A stretch of DNA of 64,000 nucleotides, taken from IMG/VR virus record IMGVR_UViG_3300032322_001011, positions 20,696 through 84,695 of that record; one strand, 5' to 3'. This DNA comes from a virus. Positions 63,403 to 64,000 of this stretch are shown here, piece by piece. Numbering within the stretch: position 1 is the first letter of the stretch; each line of letters begins with the position of its first letter. Both the position numbers and the translations under genes were made by a program. The notes beneath the pieces were generated by a model that ran no database searches, was not told the origin of the DNA, and saw only the letters and a list, made by a program, of their open reading frames with translations.

Positions 63403-64000
63403 TTAACAAGTTCCGCCACAAGCATACCACCCACCAATTGCGGCATTACATCCAATACAGCCAGAAGGGTTACCTGTGTACACAGTAATGTTATAGCAAC
63501 ATATTTGATTTGGTGCTCCACACATTCCAGTACAACAACAGTTACCACCCTCAACCTGTGTATAGGCAAATGTACAACTGGAGCAGTTAGGTCTTGAGGT
63601 TCCAGTACGAGTTGCTGTATCAGAGGATACAAATCCAGAACGACTCGCAGTGACGGAAACAGTTGCAGAAGCGCCGTTTGCCAACCCAGATTGGGTTATA
63701 GTTCCACCACTACGAGATACGCTTCCAGCGCTAGTGCTTATTGTATAAGTGTTTGCGCCATCAAGGTTATCAATTGTGAATGTAAAACCACCAGTTGTTG
63801 CAGTTGTGCCACTCAGCGTTGGAGTTGCAAGTTTGCTTTGCGATGTTCCAGACACAGTTCCGCTGTTTGATGCAAACCCAGACCTGCTAACGGTAACAGT
63901 AACCGTTGATGAAGCATTGTTGCCAAGACCACTTTGAGTGATAGTTCCAGAAGTCTGAGAAGCAGAGCCAGCCGTAGTGCTCAAACTATAGGTGTTGGCG
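63403..64000 (-). CDS. Partial paralog of the 60797-61774 fibre-like protein (5' end outside the window)
   Basis: Same Ig-like repeats and PNCSSCTF...CIGC...GGWY.C tip; frame open to the window edge. Confidence 0.8.
   Translation of the reverse strand, partial: ANTYSLSTTAGSASQTSGTITQSGLGNNASSTVTVTVSRSGFASNSGTVSGTSQSKLATPTLSGTTATTGGFTFTIDNLDGANTYTISTSAGSVSRSGGTITQSGLANGASATVSVTASRSGFVSSDTATRTGTSRPNCSSCTFAYTQVEGGNCCCTGMCGAPNQICCYNITVYTGNPSGCIGCNAAIGGWYACGGTC

Larger units (their letters stand above)
1..64000 (-). mobile_element. Segment of a tailed phage (Caudoviricetes, contractile tail) genome; probable actinobacterial host
   Basis: Terminase, portal, scaffold, MCP, sheath, tube, tape measure, baseplate, lysis and replication genes, all densely packed on one strand; no integrase or host housekeeping flanks seen. 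Confidence 0.97.

Noticed and set aside
60797-63600. Diversity-generating retroelement between the two Cys-rich tips
   Set aside because: Differences include many synonymous non-adenine changes and indels, both copies are coding, and no reverse transcriptase is present in the window.
850-63937. Plus-strand ORFs and nested minus-strand alternative-frame ORFs in the track
   Set aside because: They overlap well-supported minus-strand genes, lack motifs and RBSs, and read as shadow translations (e.g. 59393-59911 poly-Val opposite the Thr tract; 7290-7565).
1-64000. tRNA/rRNA genes, integrase, introns/inteins
   Set aside because: None recognised by eye; intergenic gaps are mostly too short. tRNAscan-SE or Infernal would be needed to exclude them formally.

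Overview
All credible genes in this 64 kb window lie on the minus strand. It is part of a tailed dsDNA phage with a contractile tail (myovirus morphotype), and both ends cut through genes. Read in transcription order (64 kb to 1 kb), it contains: tail-fibre-like genes with Cys-rich tips; a mucin-like surface protein followed by a glycosyltransferase, a 2OG-Fe(II) dioxygenase and a methyltransferase; large terminase; a lysis cassette; a metallophosphoesterase and an Ntn/HslV-like protease; portal, scaffold, major capsid and neck; sheath, tube, chaperone, tape measure and baseplate; a replication module (initiator with internal iterons, DnaC, DnaB, primase, SNF2 helicase, SSB, PolA); a recombination module (RecA, PD-(D/E)XK nucleases) ending in spoVS; and an ~8.5 kb island of mostly low-complexity or basic small proteins ending in dps. 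The host is probably an actinobacterium (inference from leaderless-type TANNNT boxes and Thr-rich surface-protein style). The most unusual feature is the 3.3-11.8 kb island. There, five otherwise unrelated small proteins share an N-terminal leader MP[RK]G[EQ][DN]TxxHxxRxV, others share short tags (H-x-S-x-QQF, TFGxQxNLGRGDFGGG, APQIYAP[KR]N, the last also in the tape measure), and several Lys/Cys-rich microproteins are missing from the ORF track. This may be a tag-addressed set of virion-internal/ejected or DNA-compacting proteins. All family assignments come from motif recognition by eye, not database searches.
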